From: a virus
Lineage: Duplodnaviria > Caudoviricetes
Length of the DNA: 64,000 bases
Virus record (IMG/VR): IMGVR_UViG_3300014204_005796
Location: 1 to 64,000 of that record
Reading direction: 5' to 3' (one strand)
Shown here: positions 63,602 to 64,000 of the stretch, piece by piece
Layout of the letters: the number at the start of each line of letters is the position of its first letter
Numbering within the stretch: position 1 is the stretch's first letter
Made by a program: the position numbers and the translations under genes
The notes under the pieces: generated by a model
Told to the model about the DNA's origin: nothing
The model's input: the letters and a program-made list of their open reading frames with translations, nothing else
The model's database searches: none

Positions 63602-63994
63602 TCACCTCCTCTTTTTCCAGTCTTCTATAATGTTCCACCAGTCATCGCGGGTCATGTCCCTCCAAGTGTCATGCCCCCGCTTGCCCCACAGAACTCTAAA
63701 AGACGTATATCCTTCTTCAGGATTTGGGTCACCATAATAACATATTCTGCATAAATTTGTGCTCTGTCTATACCCTTTTGGATTTTCAAGACAGATAAGA
63801 ACACTGTGTGACCCATCGCCAGTCATGGCTGCAGGTAATTCGTCGACAGCTAACTTCTGTATCGCAAAGATAAGCGTCGTGGTTGACATCTTCCGCGCCG
63901 TCTCATTCATATGCCATACCCTAGCGTACTCCCAAGAAGGGTACTCTGCTTTGTAGTTTCTTGGGTTCAGCTTGTGCGACGCCACATTCTGCAT
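63602..63994 (-). CDS. Hypothetical protein, member of dispersed paralog family
   Basis: WHMNETARKMSTTTLIFAIQKL. Confidence 0.7.
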   Translation of the reverse strand: MQNVASHKLNPRNYKAEYPSWEYARVWHMNETARKMSTTTLIFAIQKLAVDELPAAMTGDGSHSVLICLENPKGYRQSTNLCRICYYGDPNPEEGYTSFRVLWGKRGHDTWRDMTRDDWWNIIEDWKKRR

Positions 63995-64000
63995 AAGTCA

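Larger units (their letters stand above)
63130..64000 (-). repeat. Identical gene-junction repeat AAGAGGAGGTGACTTATG at 63130-63147, 63596-63613 and (truncated) 63992-64000
   Basis: + strand cataagtcacctcctctt twice; cataagtca at the window end. Confidence 0.8.

Noticed and set aside
51254-63956. Plus-strand ORFs in the early arm (e.g. 61490..62059, 60426..60869, 56759..57154, 55569..55889)
   Set aside because: They are antisense to coupled minus-strand genes or to the structured gap, with no supporting RBS.
1-64000. Whole-genome alternative genetic code
   Set aside because: Long genes are intact under code 11, TAG and TAA end late genes, and TGA ends early genes in ATGA/TGATG overlaps.

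Overview
The window is a continuous segment of a large tailed dsDNA phage with a contractile tail (myovirus) infecting a bacterium: Shine-Dalgarno GGAGG sites, sigma70-type promoters, genetic code 11. Bases 1-50082 (+) are the late/virion arm. They start with three Thr/Pro-linker proteins, two with visible signal peptides and the first truncated by the window edge. These are followed by a CCA-adding tRNA nucleotidyltransferase with HD domain, terminase, portal, a metallophosphoesterase cassette, scaffold-like protein, decoration protein, major capsid protein, an HNH endonuclease and neck proteins. Next come a block of putative internal head proteins around the prohead protease, then sheath, a second HNH, tube, a frameshifted tail chaperone, a short tape measure protein, the baseplate and a 1267-aa protein. 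Bases 50068-64000 (-) are an early/accessory arm: sigma-factor-like protein, RtcB, NrdG-type radical SAM activase, ATP-dependent DNA ligase, GIY-YIG endonuclease and many small proteins, including unannotated micro-ORFs. No tRNA, rRNA, CRISPR array or integrase was recognised. The most interesting signals are these. (1) About ten otherwise unrelated proteins share an N-terminal leader (e.g. MSFVNFKAA, MATYVNFRRIA) ending in a K/R-x-A-type site, resembling a T4-style capsid-targeting and protease-cleavage system for injected cargo, possibly including the CCA enzyme. (2) A dispersed tRNA-repair kit is present. (3) Secreted mucin-like proteins share a C-terminal domain. (4) Two structural genes appear to start at AUU and AUC. 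(5) TGA stops are almost absent from the late arm only. (6) Two structured non-coding RNA candidates and an RBS switch are visible. All protein family calls come from motif recognition by eye; no database searches were run.
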